Assembly (NCBI GenBank): GCA_038087875.1
Contig: CM075988.1
Coordinates: 1-64,000 of the forward strand
DNA: 64,000 nucleotides
Direction of reading: 5' to 3'
Origin: Malacoraja senta
Lineage: Eukaryota
Shown here: positions 1-12,909 of the stretch, piece by piece
How positions within the stretch are numbered: position 1 is the stretch's first letter
Layout: every line of letters starts with the position of its first letter
Translations under genes and position numbers: made by a program
Notes under the pieces: generated by a model
Database searches by the model: none
What the model saw: only the letters and a program-made list of their open reading frames with translations
Told to the model about the DNA's origin: nothing

Positions 1-99
1 ACGCTCATTGGTGTCAAACCCACTGACCAGAAAGACTCTACAACTTTTTGCGCAACTGAGGAGACTACTCACGACGACCGGTAGTTGCCTAAAAAATCG

Positions 100-780
100 C
101 CTAAGTGGGACAGGCCCATTAGGTCCAAACACTTGGTCCACTGGATCTCCCGGTTGCGAACCATTTTAATTCCTCTTCCGACTTCCACACTGACCTTTCT
201 GTCCTGGGCCTCCTTCATTGCAAGAGAGAGGCCCAGCGCAAACTGGAGAAACAGCACCTCATATATCCGCTGCCCTAGGTGTCAGCTGCTCTACATCGGT
301 GAGACCAAGCGCAGGCTCGGCGATCGCTTCGCCCAACACCTCCGCACAGTTCGCTTTAACCAACCCGATCTCCCGGTGGCTCAGCACTTCAATTCCCCCT
401 CCCATTCCGAATCCGACCTTTCTGTCCTGGGCTTCCTCCATGGCCTGAGAGAGTCCCACCGTAAATTGGAGGAGCAGCACCTCATATTTCGCTTGGGCTG
501 TTTACACCCTAGCGGTATGAACATTGACTTCTCCAATTTCAGGTAGTCCTTGCTTTCTCCCTCCTTCCCCTCCCCTTCCCAGCTCTCCCACAGCCCACTG
601 TCTCCGCCTCTTCCTTTCTTTTTCCTGCCCCACCCCCCACATCCCACATCAGACTGAAGAAGGGTCTCGACCCGAAACGTCACCTATTCCTTCGCTCCAT
701 AAATGTTGCCTCACCCGCTGAGTTTCTCCAGCATTCTTGTCCATCTTCGATTTTTCCAGCATCTACAGTTCTTTCTTAAA
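100..780 (+). mobile_element. Penelope-like element 3' fragment(s): GIY-YIG endonuclease end + pseudo-LTR
   Basis: YIRCPRCQLLYIGETKRRLGDRFAQHL peptide in ORF 85..546, followed by a CT-rich tract and hammerhead motif. Confidence 0.85.
654..681 (+). ncRNA. Minimal type I hammerhead ribozyme motif (Penelope-associated)
   Basis: CUGAAGA-A-GGGU(CUCG)ACCC-GAAA-CG-UC: hammerhead core boxes, 4-bp stem II, palindromic ACGU in place of stem III. Confidence 0.7.
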
Positions 781-987
781 CATATATTCCTGGAGTAGCT
801 TACAAATTAACTGTACGTCCCCCGACCAGTCCAACTCTCCTCCTGATTAAATTTTCATTTGTCTGCCTCGTTGTCAGCTTCCCCAGTTAACAATTCCACA
901 ATTCCCTTGAACTTCGTCCCCTTTGATCTGTCATTCTCACACCTCGCTCTTCCTTGTCTCCCGTTTCCCTCTCCCCTGACTCTCAGC

Positions 988-1015
988 CTGAAGAAGGGTC
1001 TCGACCTGAAACGTC
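988..1015 (+). ncRNA. Minimal hammerhead ribozyme motif
   Basis: CUGAAGAAGGGUCUCGACCUGAAACGUC; G-U pair in stem II. Confidence 0.62.
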
Positions 1016-2670
1016 ACTCATTCCTTCTCCCCAGAGTAACTCTGCCTGCCCCCGCTGAGTCACTCCACCATTTTATGTCTATCTTCGGTGTAAACCAGCA
1101 TCTACAGTTCCTTCCCACACGTAACTGCAGGGAGTTCTCTTTGCGTGGAGTTACAGTGAAGGGTGTCAGACTAGAAAATAGACAATAGGTGCAGGAGTAG
1201 GCCATTCGGCCCTTCAAGCCAGCACCGCCATTCAATGTGATCATGGCTGATCATCCCCAATCAGTACCCCGTTCCTGCCTTCTCCCCATATCCCCTGACT
1301 CCGCTATCTTTAAGAGCCCTATCTAGCTCTCTCTTGAAAGTATCCAGAGAACCGGCCTCCACCGCCCTCTGAGGCAGAGAATTCCACAGACTCACAACTC
1401 TCTGTGAGAAAAAGTGTTTCCTCATCTCCGTTCTAAATGGCTTACCCCTTATTATTAAACTGTGTGGCCCCTGGTTCTGGACTCCCCCAACATCGGGAAC
1501 ATGTTTCCTGCCTCTAGCGTGTCCAAGCCCTTAACAATCTTATATGTTTCAATAAGATTGCCTCTCATCCTTCTAAATTCCAGAGTGTACAAGCCCAGAT
1601 GCTCCATCAGTATCCTGTTCCTGGGATCGGAAGGCAGGAGGTAAATTCCCGCTTGCTTCCATATATAGAGATGTGATTTGCAGTTTCGCCCAATGCCAAT
1701 AGTTGTTTTATGATGAGTCAAGAGTGTTTTATTGTCATGTGAACCGACATTAGAATCATAGTCTATTGGGAAACAGGCCCTTCAGCCCAAACATCTATTC
1801 CTCTCATGATTTTATACGCCCCTATAAGATCACCTCTCATCCTCCTGCGCTCCAAGTAAAGGGTCCCAGCCTACGCAACCTCTCCCTATAGCTCAGACCT
1901 AATTGTTCCTTAAACATTGGGATAGTCCCTGCCTCAATTACCTCCTCTGGCAGTTCGTTCCATACACCCGCCACCCTTTGTGTGAAAAAATGTTACCCCT
2001 CAGATTCCTATTAAATCTTTTCCCCTTCAGTTTATCAGTTCAGTTCAGTTTATTGTCCCGTGTACCGAGGTACAGTGAAAAGCTTTTATTGAGTGCTAAC
2101 CAGTCAGCGGAACGACAATACATGATTTATCTTCACCTTGAACCTGTGTCCTCTGGTCCTCGATTCCTCTACTCTGGGCAAGAGACTCTGTGCATCTACC
2201 CGATCTATTCCTCTCATGATTTTATACACCTCTATAAGATCACCCCTCATCCTCCTGCGCTCCATGGAATAGAGACCCAGCCTACTCAACCTCTCCCTGG
2301 AGTTCACACCCTCTAGTCCTGGCAACATCCTCGTAATTCTTCTCTGTGAATCCTTTCCAGCTTGACAACATCTTTCTTATAACAAGGTCCCCAGAACTAA
2401 ACACAATACTCTAACTGCGGCCTCACCAACCCCAGAGTGCCCACAGAACATTGTGTCCTACACAAGATTCCTTGGAGCGCAGGATGGCGAGGCGTGGTCT
2501 TCTAGAGGTTCATACAACCACGCGCGGTTTAGATGGGGTAAATGAAGAGTCTTTTACCCAGTGGGAAAATCGAGTGCCAGATAACCCTTCTTCAGTACAC
2601 TCCGTATGCTGAGTTTCCCACTCCGTCTGAAGAAGGGTTTCGACTAGAAACGTCACTTATTCCTATTCTA

Positions 2671-3309
2671 CAGATTTGCTGCCCGACTAACCCGCTGAGT
2701 TACTCCAGCACTCTGTGAAACGTCACCTATCCATGTTCCCCACAGATGCTGCCTGACCCGCTGAGTTACTCCAGCACTCTGTGAAACGTCACCTATCCAT
2801 GTTCCCCACAGATGCTGCCTGACCCGCTGAGTTACTCCAGCACTCTGTGAAACGTCACCTATCCATGTTCCCCACAGATGCTGCCTGACCCGCTGAGTTA
2901 CTCCACCACTCTGTGAAACGTCACCTATCCATGTTCTCCACAGATGCTGCCTGACCCGCTGAGTTACTCCAGCACTCTGTGAAACGTCACCTATCCATGT
3001 TCCCCACAGATGCTGCCTGACCCGCTGAGTTACTCCAGCACTCTGTGAAACGTCACCTATCCATGTTCTCCACAGATGCTGCCTGACCCGCTGAGTTACT
3101 CCAGCACTCTGTGAAACGTCACCTATCCATGTTCTCCACAGATGCTGCCTGACCCGCTGAGTTACTCCAGCACTCTGTGAAACGTCACCTATCCATGTTC
3201 TCCACAGATGCTGCCTGACCCGCTGAGTTACTCCACCACTCTGTGAAACGTCACCTATCCATGTTCTCCACAGATGCTGCCTGACCCGCTGAGTTACTCC
3301 ACCACTCTG
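2671..3309 (+). repeat. 66-bp minisatellite, about 9.5 copies, derived from the Penelope pseudo-LTR
   Basis: Unit gaaacgtcacctatccatgttc(t/c)ccacagatgctgcctgacccgctgagttactcca(g/c)cactctgt; 22-aa periodicity in ORF 2668..3603. Confidence 0.95.
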
Positions 3310-4325
3310 CATCCTTTTGTGCAGTAACCAGAGAACCAGAGGACATTGGTTTAAAGTGAAGGGGAAAAGATTTACTTGAAGATAAGAATAAGGGGTAACC
3401 CATTTAGAACGGAGACGAGGAAACACTTTTTCACACAGAGAGTTGTGAGTCTGTGGAATTCTCTGCCTCAGAGGGCGGTGGAGGCCGGTTCTCTGGATAC
3501 TTTCAAGAGAGAGCTGGATAGGGCTCTTGAAGATAGTGGAGTCAGGGGATATGGGGAGAAGGCAGGAATGAGGTACTGATTGGGGATGATCAGCCATGAT
3601 CACAGTGAATGGCGATGCTGGCTCGAAGGGCCGAAAGGTCTACTCCCGCACCTATTGTCTATTGTCTATTGAACCTGAGGGGTAACTTTTTCACACACAG
3701 GGTGGTGGGTGTATGGAACGAGCTGCCAGAGGAGGTAGTTGAGGCAGGGACTATAGCAACACTTGAAAGACATTTTGTCGGGTAGGAAAGATTTAGAGGG
3801 ATATGGGCCAAATGCGGGTAGGTGGGATGAGTGTAGATGGGACATGTTGGTCGGCGTGGGCAAGTTGGGCTGAAGAGCCTGTTTCTATGCTGTATGACTA
3901 TGTGACTATCCTATCCATGTACCCCAGACCAAATGAATGATAATATATTGATTTGAAAAAAAGCTATGCAACGTCACTCAGCAGCTCAGGCAGCATCTAT
4001 GGAGGACGTGGCCAGACTAGGTTTCAGACCCTTCAAACTGATTGTAATGGGGCGCAGAAAGCAGGAAAAGGAAGGGGGAATCGGACATTGTCTGATAAGG
4101 CCTGGATAGAGTGGATGTGGAGAGGATGTTTCCACCAGTGGGAGAGTCTAGGACCAGAGGGCTCACAATCAAAGGACGTTCCTAAAGGAAGATGAGGAGG
4201 AATGTCTTTAGCCAGAGGGTGGTGAATCTGTGGAATTCATTGCCACAGACGGCTGGGGAGGCCGTCAGTGGAGAAATGGGTGCAAACCAGGGCAGGACAC
4301 AAGAAAGACAGGGGAGGGAGGGGGA

Positions 4326-4995
4326 GACAATAGACAATAGACAGTAGGTGCAGGAGGAGGCCATTTGGCCCTTCGAGCCAGCACCGCCATTCAATGTGAT
4401 CATGGCTGATCATCCCCAATCAGTACCCCGTTCCTGCCTTCTCCCCATATCCCCTGACTCCGCTATCTTTAAGACCCCTATCTAGCTCTCTCTTGAAAGT
4501 ATCCAGAGAACCGACCTCCACCGCCCTCTGAGGCAGAGAATTCCACAGACTCACAACTCTCTGTGTGAAAAAGTGTTTCCTCGTCTCCGTTCTAAATGGC
4601 TTACCCCTTATTCTTAAACTGTGGCCCCTGGTTCTGGACTCCCCCAACATCGGGAACATGTTTCCTGCCTCTAGTGTGTCCAAACCTTTAATGATCTTAT
4701 ATGTTTCAATAAGATCGCCTCTCATCCTTCTAAATTCCAGAGTATATAAGCCCAGCCGATCCATTCTCTCAGCATATGACAGTCCCGCCATCCCGGGAAT
4801 TAACCTTGTAAACCTACGCTGCACTCCCTCAATAGCAAGAATGTCCTTCCTCAAATTAGGGGACCAAAACTGCACACAATACTCCAGGAGCGGTCTCACC
4901 AGGGCCCTGTACAACTGCAGAAGGACCTCTTTGCTTCTATACTTAACTCCTCTTGTTATGAAGGCCAACATGTCATTCGCTTTCTTCACTGCCTG
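4326..4995 (-). mobile_element. CR1 LINE 3' fragment
   Basis: ORF 4420..4989 ending GYGEKAGTGY plus 3'UTR. Confidence 0.9.
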
Positions 4996-5857
4996 ATCTT
5001 GTCGAGGTGTATAAAATCATGAGAGGAATAATCGGGTAGACTCACAGAGTCTCTTGCCCAGAGTTGGGGAATCAATGAGTCTCGGTGGCATAGGAATATG
5101 AGTGGTAACTTTTTCACCCAAAGGGTGGTGGGTGTATGGAACGAGCAGCCAGAGGAGGTAGTTGAGGCTGGGACTATCCCAACATTGAAAGTCATTTTGC
5201 AGTGGCATAAAACGTTGGTGAGACCGCATTTAGAGTATTGTGTTCAGTTCTGGGCACCGTGTTATAGGAAAGATGTTGTCAAGCTTGAAAGGGTTCAGAG
5301 ATTTATGAGGATGTTGCCAGGACAAGAGGGTCTGAGTGACAGGGAGAGGTTGAGTAGACAATAGACAAGTAGGCTGGGACTCTATTCCTTGGAGTGCAGG
5401 AGGATGAGGGGCGATCTTATAGAGATGTATAAAATCATTAGAGGAATAGATTGGGTAGACGCACAGAATCTCTTGCCCAGAGTAGGGTAATCGAGGACTA
5501 GAGGACATAGGTTCAAGGCGAAGGGGAAAAGATTTAATAGGAATCTGAGGGGTAACTTTTTCACCCAAAGGGTGGTGGGTGTATGGAACGAGCTGCCAGA
5601 GGAGGTAGTTGAGGCTGGGACTATCACAATGTTTACGGAACAGTTAGACAAGTACACGGATAGGACAGGTTTGGAGGGATGTGGACCAAATACAGGCAGG
5701 TGGAACTAGTGTAGATGGGACATTGTTGGCCGGTGTAGGTAAGTTGGGCCGATGGGCCTGTTTCCATACTGTAGCACTCAAAGAGCATGGTCCTATCCTA
5801 GTCGTTTATTGGTTTGAGCTGTCAGGATAGCTTCGGCTGAATGTTGTCAAACCTCAC

Positions 5858-5913
5858 CTCATTCCAGACGGGGTTTAAGTTGTTCTTGATCACTTTGGTC
5901 TTCTTCTTTACAC
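5858..5913 (-). CDS. DYSF: Dysferlin exon 2 (G-VKKKTKVIKNNLNPVWNE), C2A domain
   Basis: Acceptor ctctcctttccAG|, 56 nt, donor GAG|GTGAGG. The peptide matches the ferlin C2A motif KTKVIKNxxNPVWNE and is visible inside ORF 5822..6028. Confidence 0.95.
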
Positions 5914-8139
5914 CTGGAAAGGAGAGTTTGCATCTGTCGGTAATACTGCAAAATACATGGAACATAGGACAGCAGTGGAACAGGCCCTTTGGCCCACAAT
6001 GTTCGTGCTGAGCATTAAGCCAAGACAATCGTTTGGCTTAGTTTAGAGATACACCCCAGATGCAGGCCCTTCAGCCCGTCGAGCCCGCGCCGACTAGCGA
6101 TCCCCGCACACCAACACTATCCTGCACACACTAGGGACAATTTACACTTATACCGAGCCAATTAACCGACAAACATGCGCGTCTTTGGAGTGTGGGAGGA
6201 AACCGAAGATCTCGGAGATCACGGGGGAGAAGGTACAAACTCCGTACAGACAGCACCCGTAGTCGGGATCGAACCCGGGTCTCCGGCGCTGCAGGCGCTG
6301 TAAGGCAGCAACTCTACCGCTGCGCCACCGTCTCGCCCTCTCCTCACCCATATCCCTCCATTCCCTGTGCCTATCTAAACGTCTCTTTAATGCTACTATT
6401 GCCTCCGATCTATGGGCATGAACAACGTCTATCAGGGGATACGGGGAGAAGGCAGGCACGGGTTATTGATTGGGGACGATCAGCCATGATCACAATGAAT
6501 GGAGAATTTAGAACGGAGACGAGGAAACACTTTTTCTCACAGGGAGTAGTGAGTCTGTGGAATTCTCTGCCTCAGAGGGCGGTGGAGGCCGGTTCTCTGG
6601 ATGCTTTCAAGGGAGAGCTAGATAGGGCTCGTAAAAATAGCGGAGTCTGGGGATATGGGGAGAAGGCAGGAACGGGGTACTGCTTGGGGATGATCAGCCA
6701 TGATCACATTGAATGGTGGTGCTGGCTCGAAGGGCCGAATGCCCTACTCCTGCACCTTTTGTCTATTGTTTATTGTCAAACCCGTCCACCCTCTCTCTAT
6801 ACCTAATGGCCTCTAATCCAAGGGAGACACAGAATGCTGGAGTAACTCAACGGGACAGGCAGCATGTCTGGAGGGAAGGAATGGCCGACGTTACGGGTCG
6901 AGACCCTTCTTCAGACCGATGTTAGGGGAGACAATAGACAATAGACAATAGACAACAGGTGCAGGAGTAGGCCATTCGGCCCTTCGAGCCAGCACCGCCA
7001 TTCAATGTGATCATGGCTGATCATCCCCAATCAGTACCCCGTTCCTGCCTTCTCCCCATATCCCCTGACTCCGCTATCTTTAACAGCCCTATCTAGCTCT
7101 CTCTTGAAAGCATCCAGAGAACCTGCCTCCACCGCCCTCTGAGGCAGAGAATTCCACAGAATCACCACTCTCTGCGTGAAAAAGTGTTTCCTCGTCTCCG
7201 TTCTAAATGGCTTACCCCTTATTCTTAAACTGTGGCCCCTGTTTCTGGGCTCCCCCAACATCAGTAACATGTTTCCTGCCTCTAGAGTGTCCAAACCCTT
7301 AATAATCTTACATGTTTGAATGAGATGCCCTCTCATCCTTCTAAACTCCAGTGTATACAAGCCCAGCCGCTCCATTCTCTCAGCGTACATCTTGAATACA
7401 TCATTACTCGCTGACTCTTGAACTCAATGCCCCGACCCATAATAGCAAGCATACTGTCTGCCTACTTTACAACATTGACAACATTGACGACATACTCCAT
7501 CATTTGGAAGGACCTACTCTGTTGCTCATAATCAACAAGAAAATCGATATGTCACATTAAATCACGGAACATAGAACAGCACAGTGTCGGCAGAAGGAAC
7601 TGCAGGTGCTGGTTTGCAAAAAAAAAAGACATAAATTGCTGGAGTAACTCAGCAGGCCAGGCAGCATTTATGTGGGACATGGAGGTTTCGTTCCATACAC
7701 CCACCAACCTTTGTGTGAAAAGGTTCAGGTTCCCATTATATCGTTCCCCTACACCTGTGTCCTGCTGATCTCGATGCCCATACTCTGGGCAAGAGACTTT
7801 GTGCATCTACCCGGTCTATTCCTCTTGTTAAATTATTTCCTGTTTCTTAATACTATTTGGAAGGCTCTGCTGCCTGTTTATCTTCTGTTACATTCTTTCT
7901 TAATGATTAAATATTTCCGCCCTTAGTCACTGAACACTCTCTTTTTTTTCTTTTTTTTTTTAGTTTAGTTCAGTACAACTTAATCTTTATTAACACTCGA
8001 GTAACATTAAACATGCATGCAAACAATCGACTTCTAATAACTTCTCATTTATTATTTCAACTTATCACTTCTTAAGCTAAATCATGAAACTCATGATTTG
8101 GAGTCAGATATTAACCGTATGAATGAATTGGCCAGATTC

Positions 8140-8476
8140 ACCTCTCTCTCAGCCCTCTCCCTCTCCTCTCTCTGTCCTCTCTCTGTTCTCTCTCTGTCCT
8201 CTCTCTGTCCACTCTCTGTCCACTCTCTGTCCACTCTCTGCCCTCTCTCTCTGCCCTCTCTCACTGCCCTCTCTCTCTGCCCCTCTCTCTTCCCCCTCTC
8301 TGCCCCTCTCTCTGTCCTCTCCCTGCCTCTCTCTCTGCCCCTCTCTGCCCCTCTCTCTGTCCTCTCCCTGCCTCTCTCTCTGCCTCCCTCTCTGCCTCTC
8401 TCTCCCTGCCTCTCTCTCCCTCTCTCCCTCCCTCTCTCCCTCCCTCTCTCCCTCCCCGTCCCACTCTCCCTCTCCA
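8140..8476. repeat. CT-rich low-complexity tract
   Basis: Degenerate ctctctgccc/ctctctgtcc repeats. Confidence 0.92.
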
Positions 8477-8680
8477 TGATTGCATGGCAGAGTAGACTTG
8501 ATGGGCCGAATGGCCTCATTCTGCTCCTATCACTTATGACCTTTTGAGCGTTGAATTCACTTCAGGTAACTAACCTTCAATCAGACCCATCCCAAGCTGA
8601 AACATGACCTATGAGAGATGCTGCTTAAATGATGGGTTTGTGTGAAGAGACCGTGTTTATGCCACACTCCCCATGTTTAT

Positions 8681-8748
8681 ATTTGTTTGTGCACGTCGGG
8701 TTGATTGCATTAGTCGAAACAGGGCGGACCGCTTGAAGGTGGCAATCT
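8681..8748 (-). mobile_element. Degenerate, 5'-truncated second copy of the HDV-like ribozyme-headed element
   Basis: Reverse complement gattgccaccttcaagcggtccgccctgtttcgactaatgcaatcaacccgacgtgcacaa aligns to 62194-62254; the 5' P1 strand is absent. Confidence 0.8.
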
Positions 8749-8962
8749 CTGGAATCCCTGGAAGACTTTGACTCCGAGACCGAGCGGCGCGGAGCCTGGA
8801 AACATGACATCACCAACAACGGAGAGGCCATCAAAATAGACAATAGACAATAGGTGCAGGATACATAGATACATAGATACATAGAAAATAGGTGCAGGAA
8901 TAGGCCATTCGGCCCTTCGAGCCTGCACCGCCATTCAATATGATCATGGCTGATCATCCAAC

Positions 8963-10702
8963 TCAGTATCCCGTACCTGCCTTCTCTCCATACCCCCTGA
9001 TCCCTTTAGCCACAAGGGCCACATCTAACTCCCTCTTAAATATAGCCAATGAACTGGCCTCGACTACCCTCTGTGGCAGAGAGTTCCAGAGATTCACCAG
9101 TCTCTGTGTGAAAACGTTTTTCCTCATCTCGGTCTTAAAGGATTTCCCCCTTATCCTTAAGCTGTGACCCCTTGTCCTGGACTTCCCCAACATCGGGAAC
9201 AATCTTCCCGCATCTAGCCTGTCCAACCCCATAAGAATTTTGTACGTTTCTATAAGATCCCCTCTCAATCTCCTAAATTCTAGCGAGTATAAGCCAAGTC
9301 TATCCAGTCTTTCTTCATATGAAAGTCCTGACATCCCAGGAATCAGTCTGGTGAACCTTCTCTGCACTCCCTCTATGGCTATAATGTCCTTCCTCAGATT
9401 TGGAGACCAAAACTGTACGCAATACTCCAGGTGTGGTCTCACCAAGACCCTGTACAACTGCAGTAGAACCTCCCTGCTCCTATACTCAAATCCTTTTGCT
9501 ATGAAAGCTAACATACCATTCGCTTTCTTCACTGCCTGCTGCACCTGCATGCCTACTTTCAATGACTGGTGTACCATGACACCCAGGTCTCGCTGCATCT
9601 CCCCATTTCCTAATCGGCCACCATTTAGATAATAGTCTGCTTTCCTGTTTTTGCCACCAAAGTGGATAACCTCACATTTATCCACATTATACTGCATCTG
9701 CCAAACATTTGCCCACTCACCCAGCCTATCCAAGTCACCTTGCAGTCTCCTAGCATCCTCCTCACAGCTAACACTGCCCCCCAGCTTAGTGTCATCAGCA
9801 AAATTGGAGATGTTGCCTTCAATTCCCTCATCCAGGTCATTAATATAAATTGTAAATAGCTGGGGTCCCAGCACTGAGCCTTGCGGTACCCCACTAGTCA
9901 CTGCCTGCCATTGTGAAAAGGACCCGTTTAGTCCTACTCTTTGCTTCCTGTTTGCCAGCCAGTTCTCTATCCACATCAATACTGAACCCCCAATACCGTG
10001 TGCTTTAAGTTTGTATACTAATCTTTTATGTGGTACCTTGTCGAAAGCCTTCTGAAAGTCCAGATACAACACATCCACTGGTTCTCCACTATCCACTCTA
10101 CTAGTTACATCCTCGAAAAATTCTATAAGATTCATCAGACATGATTTACCTTTCGTAAATCCATGCTGACTTTGTCCAATGATTTCACCACTTTCCAAAT
10201 GTGCTGCTATCCCATCTTTAATAAGTGACTCTAGCAGTTTCCCCACTACCGATGTTAGACTAACTGGTCTGTAATTCCCCGTTTTCTCTCTCCCTCCCTT
10301 CTTAAAAAGTGGGGTTACGTTTGCTACCCTCCAATCATCAGGAACTACTCCAGAATCTAAAGAGTTTTGAAAAATTATCACTAATGCATCCACTCTTTCT
10401 GGAGCTACTTCCTTAAGTACTCTGGGATGCAGCCTATCTGGCCCTGGTGATTTATCGGCCTTTAATCCATTCAATTTACCCAACACCACTTCCCGACTAA
10501 CCTGGATTTCACTCAGTTCCTCCATCTCCTTTGACCCGCGGCCCCCTGCTATTTCCGGCAGATTATTTATGTCTTCCTTAGTGAAGACGGAACCAAAGTA
10601 GTTATTCAATTGGTCCGCCATATCCTTGTTCCCCATGATCAATTCACCTGTTTCTGACTGCAAGGGACCTACATTTCTTTTAACTAATCTCTTTCTCTTC
10701 AC
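8963..10702 (-). pseudogene. CR1 ORF2 reverse transcriptase portion (579-aa open segment)
   Basis: Non-LTR RT motifs NYRPVSLTS, QHGF, GVPQGSVLGP, FADD. Separated from the endonuclease part by frameshifts. Confidence 0.93.
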
Positions 10703-11087
10703 ATATATATAAAAACTTTTGCAGTCAGTTTTTATGTTCCCTGCCAGTTTCCTTTCATAATCTATTTCCCTTTCCTAATTAAGCCCTTTGTCCTCCTCTG
10801 CTGGTCTCTGAATTTCTCCCAGTCCTCTGGTATGCTGCTTTTTCTGGCTAATTTGTACGCATCATCTTTTGCTTTGATACTATCCCTGATTTCCCTTGTT
10901 ATCCACGGATGCACTACCTTCCCTGATTTATTCTTTTGCCAAACTGGGATGAACAATTTTTGTAGTTCATCCATGCAGTCTTTAAATGCCTTCCATTGCA
11001 TATCCACCGTCAACCCTTTTAGAACTAATTGCCAGTCAATCTTGGCCAATTCACGTCTCATACCCTCAAAGTTACCTTTCTTTAAGT

Positions 11088-11759
11088 TCAGAACCGTGTT
11101 TCTGAATTAACAATGTCACTCTCCATCCTAATGAAGAACTCAACCATATTATGGTCACTCTTGCCCAAGGGGGCACGCACAACAAGACTGCTAACTAACC
11201 CTTCCTCATTGCTCAATACCCAGTCTAGAATAGCCTGCTCTCTCGTTGGTTCCTCTACATGTTGGTTTAGATAACTATCCCGCATACATTCCAAAAAATC
11301 CTCTTCCTCAGCACCCCTGCCAATTTGATTCACCCAATCTATATGTAGATTGAAGTCACCCATTATAACTGTTTTGCCTTTGTTGCACGCATTTCTAATT
11401 TCCTGTTTGATGCCATCCCCAACTTCACTACTACTGCTAGGTGGCCTGTACACAACACCCACCAGCGTTTTCTGCCCCTTAGTGTTTCGCAGCTCTACCC
11501 ATACCGATTCCACATCCTCCAAACTAATGTCCTTCCTTTCCACTGCGTTAATCTCCTCTCTAACCAGCAACGCTACCCCACCTCCTTTTCCTTTCTCTCT
11601 ATCCCTCCTGAATATTGAATATCCCTGGATGTTCAGCTCCCAGCCTTGGTCACCCTGGAGCCATGTCTCCGTGATCCCAACTATATCATAATCATTAATT
11701 GCTATCTGCACGTTCAACTCATCCACCTTATTACGAATGCTCCTTGCATTGAGACACAA
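11088..11759 (-). pseudogene. CR1 ORF2 APE-like endonuclease portion
   Basis: CLNARSI, GITETW, GVVYRPP, MGDFN, LDWVL and SDHN motifs. Confidence 0.92.
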
Positions 11760-12076
11760 AGCCTTCAGGCTTGTTTTTACAACGCTCTTACCGCTTATAG
11801 AATTATGTTGAAAAGTGGCCCTTTTTGATTTTTGCCCTAGGGTTGTCTGCCTGCCACTTTAACTTTTCACCTTGCTACCTATTGCTTCCGCCCGCATTTT
11901 ACACCCCTCTGTTTCTCTGCTCACCCATTTAAGAACCCCACCACCTTTTATTCTCTGTTTATTATTGTTTTCTTCTTTCCCCCCTACATGTTGGGTCTGA
12001 GTGCTTTCCTTCTCTGCTTCCTGCCTCACACACTGTCTAATAGCTTTCTCTATTTGAGTCCCTCTCCCCAACCATT

Positions 12077-12511
12077 CTAGTTTAAAGTCTCCCCAGTAGC
12101 CTTTGCAGATCTCCCCGCCAGGATATCGGTCCCCCTCAGGTTCAAGTGCAACCCATCCTTTTTGTACAGGTCGAACCTTCCACAAAAGAGGTCCCAATGA
12201 TCCAGAAATTTGAATCCCTGCCTTCTGCACCAGTCCTTCAGCCACGCATTTATCCTCCACCTCGCTCCATTCCTACTCTCACTGTCGCGTGGCACAGGCA
12301 GTAATCCCGAGATTGTTACCTTTGCTGTCCTTCTCTTTAACTCCCCTCCTAACTCCCTAAATTCTCCTTTCAGGACCTCTTCTCTTTTTTTACCTATGTC
12401 ATTGGTACCTATATGTATCACGACCTCGGGCTCCTCTCCCTGCCCTTTCAGGATATCTTGGACACGTTGAGACACATCACAGACCCTGGCACCAGGGAGG
12501 CAAACTACCAT
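12077..12511 (-). pseudogene. CR1 ORF1 SGNH/GDSL esterase-like portion
   Basis: CLPGARV, VIHIGTNDIG and DGLHLN motifs typical of vertebrate CR1 ORF1 esterase. Confidence 0.85.
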
Positions 12512-12909
12512 CCGGGTCTCCCGACTGCATCCACAGAATCGCCTGTCTGACCCCCTAACTATAGAGTCCCCTATTACTACTGCCCTCCTCTTCTTTTCCT
12601 TACTCTTCTGAGCAACAGGGCCGGTCTCTCTATACCGGAGGCCCGGCCGCTGTCGCTACCCCCAGGTAGGCTGTCCACCCCAACAGTGCTCAAACAGGAG
12701 TACTTATTGTCAACGTGTACAGCCACCGGGGTACTCTCTAGTCCCTGCTCTGTGCCCCTTGCCTCTCCCAACCGTGATCCACTTGCCTGCCTCCTGTGGT
12801 CTTGGGAGTGACCACATCCCTGTAACTCCTCTCAATGACTTCCCTCGCTCTCCCTGACCAGACGGAGGTCATCGAGCTGCTGCTCCAGGTTCTTAATACG
12901 CTGTCCATT

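Larger units (their letters stand above)
8862..12909 (-). mobile_element. Near full-length (5'-truncated, frameshifted) CR1-clade LINE with ORF1 esterase and ORF2 endonuclease + reverse transcriptase
   Basis: Collinear minus-strand ORFs 12077-12511 (HIGTND..DGLHLN), 11088-11759 (APE endonuclease), 10762-11061 and 8963-10702 (RT: LDFQKAFDKV, GVPQGSVLGP, FADDTKL), then a CR1 3'UTR and (ctatgtat)n tail. Confidence 0.95.

Noticed and set aside
2671..3309. CRISPR-like array or 311-aa repeat protein (ORF 2668..3603)
   Set aside because: Units are contiguous and near-identical with no unique spacers and no cas genes, in a eukaryotic context. The ORF is open only because the unit is 66 nt with no stop in that frame.
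1..5857. Dysferlin exon 3
   Set aside because: No GFEWDL-like peptide with splice sites found by eye; it presumably lies beyond the left edge.
5858..5913. Myoferlin or otoferlin identity for the gene
   Set aside because: Exon 2 alone is ambiguous, but both first-exon peptides match the two recalled dysferlin variants (DISDAYC; SDPVA.L.F) better than myoferlin.
8091..8547. ORFs over the CT-rich tract
   Set aside because: Low-complexity translation with no domain signal.
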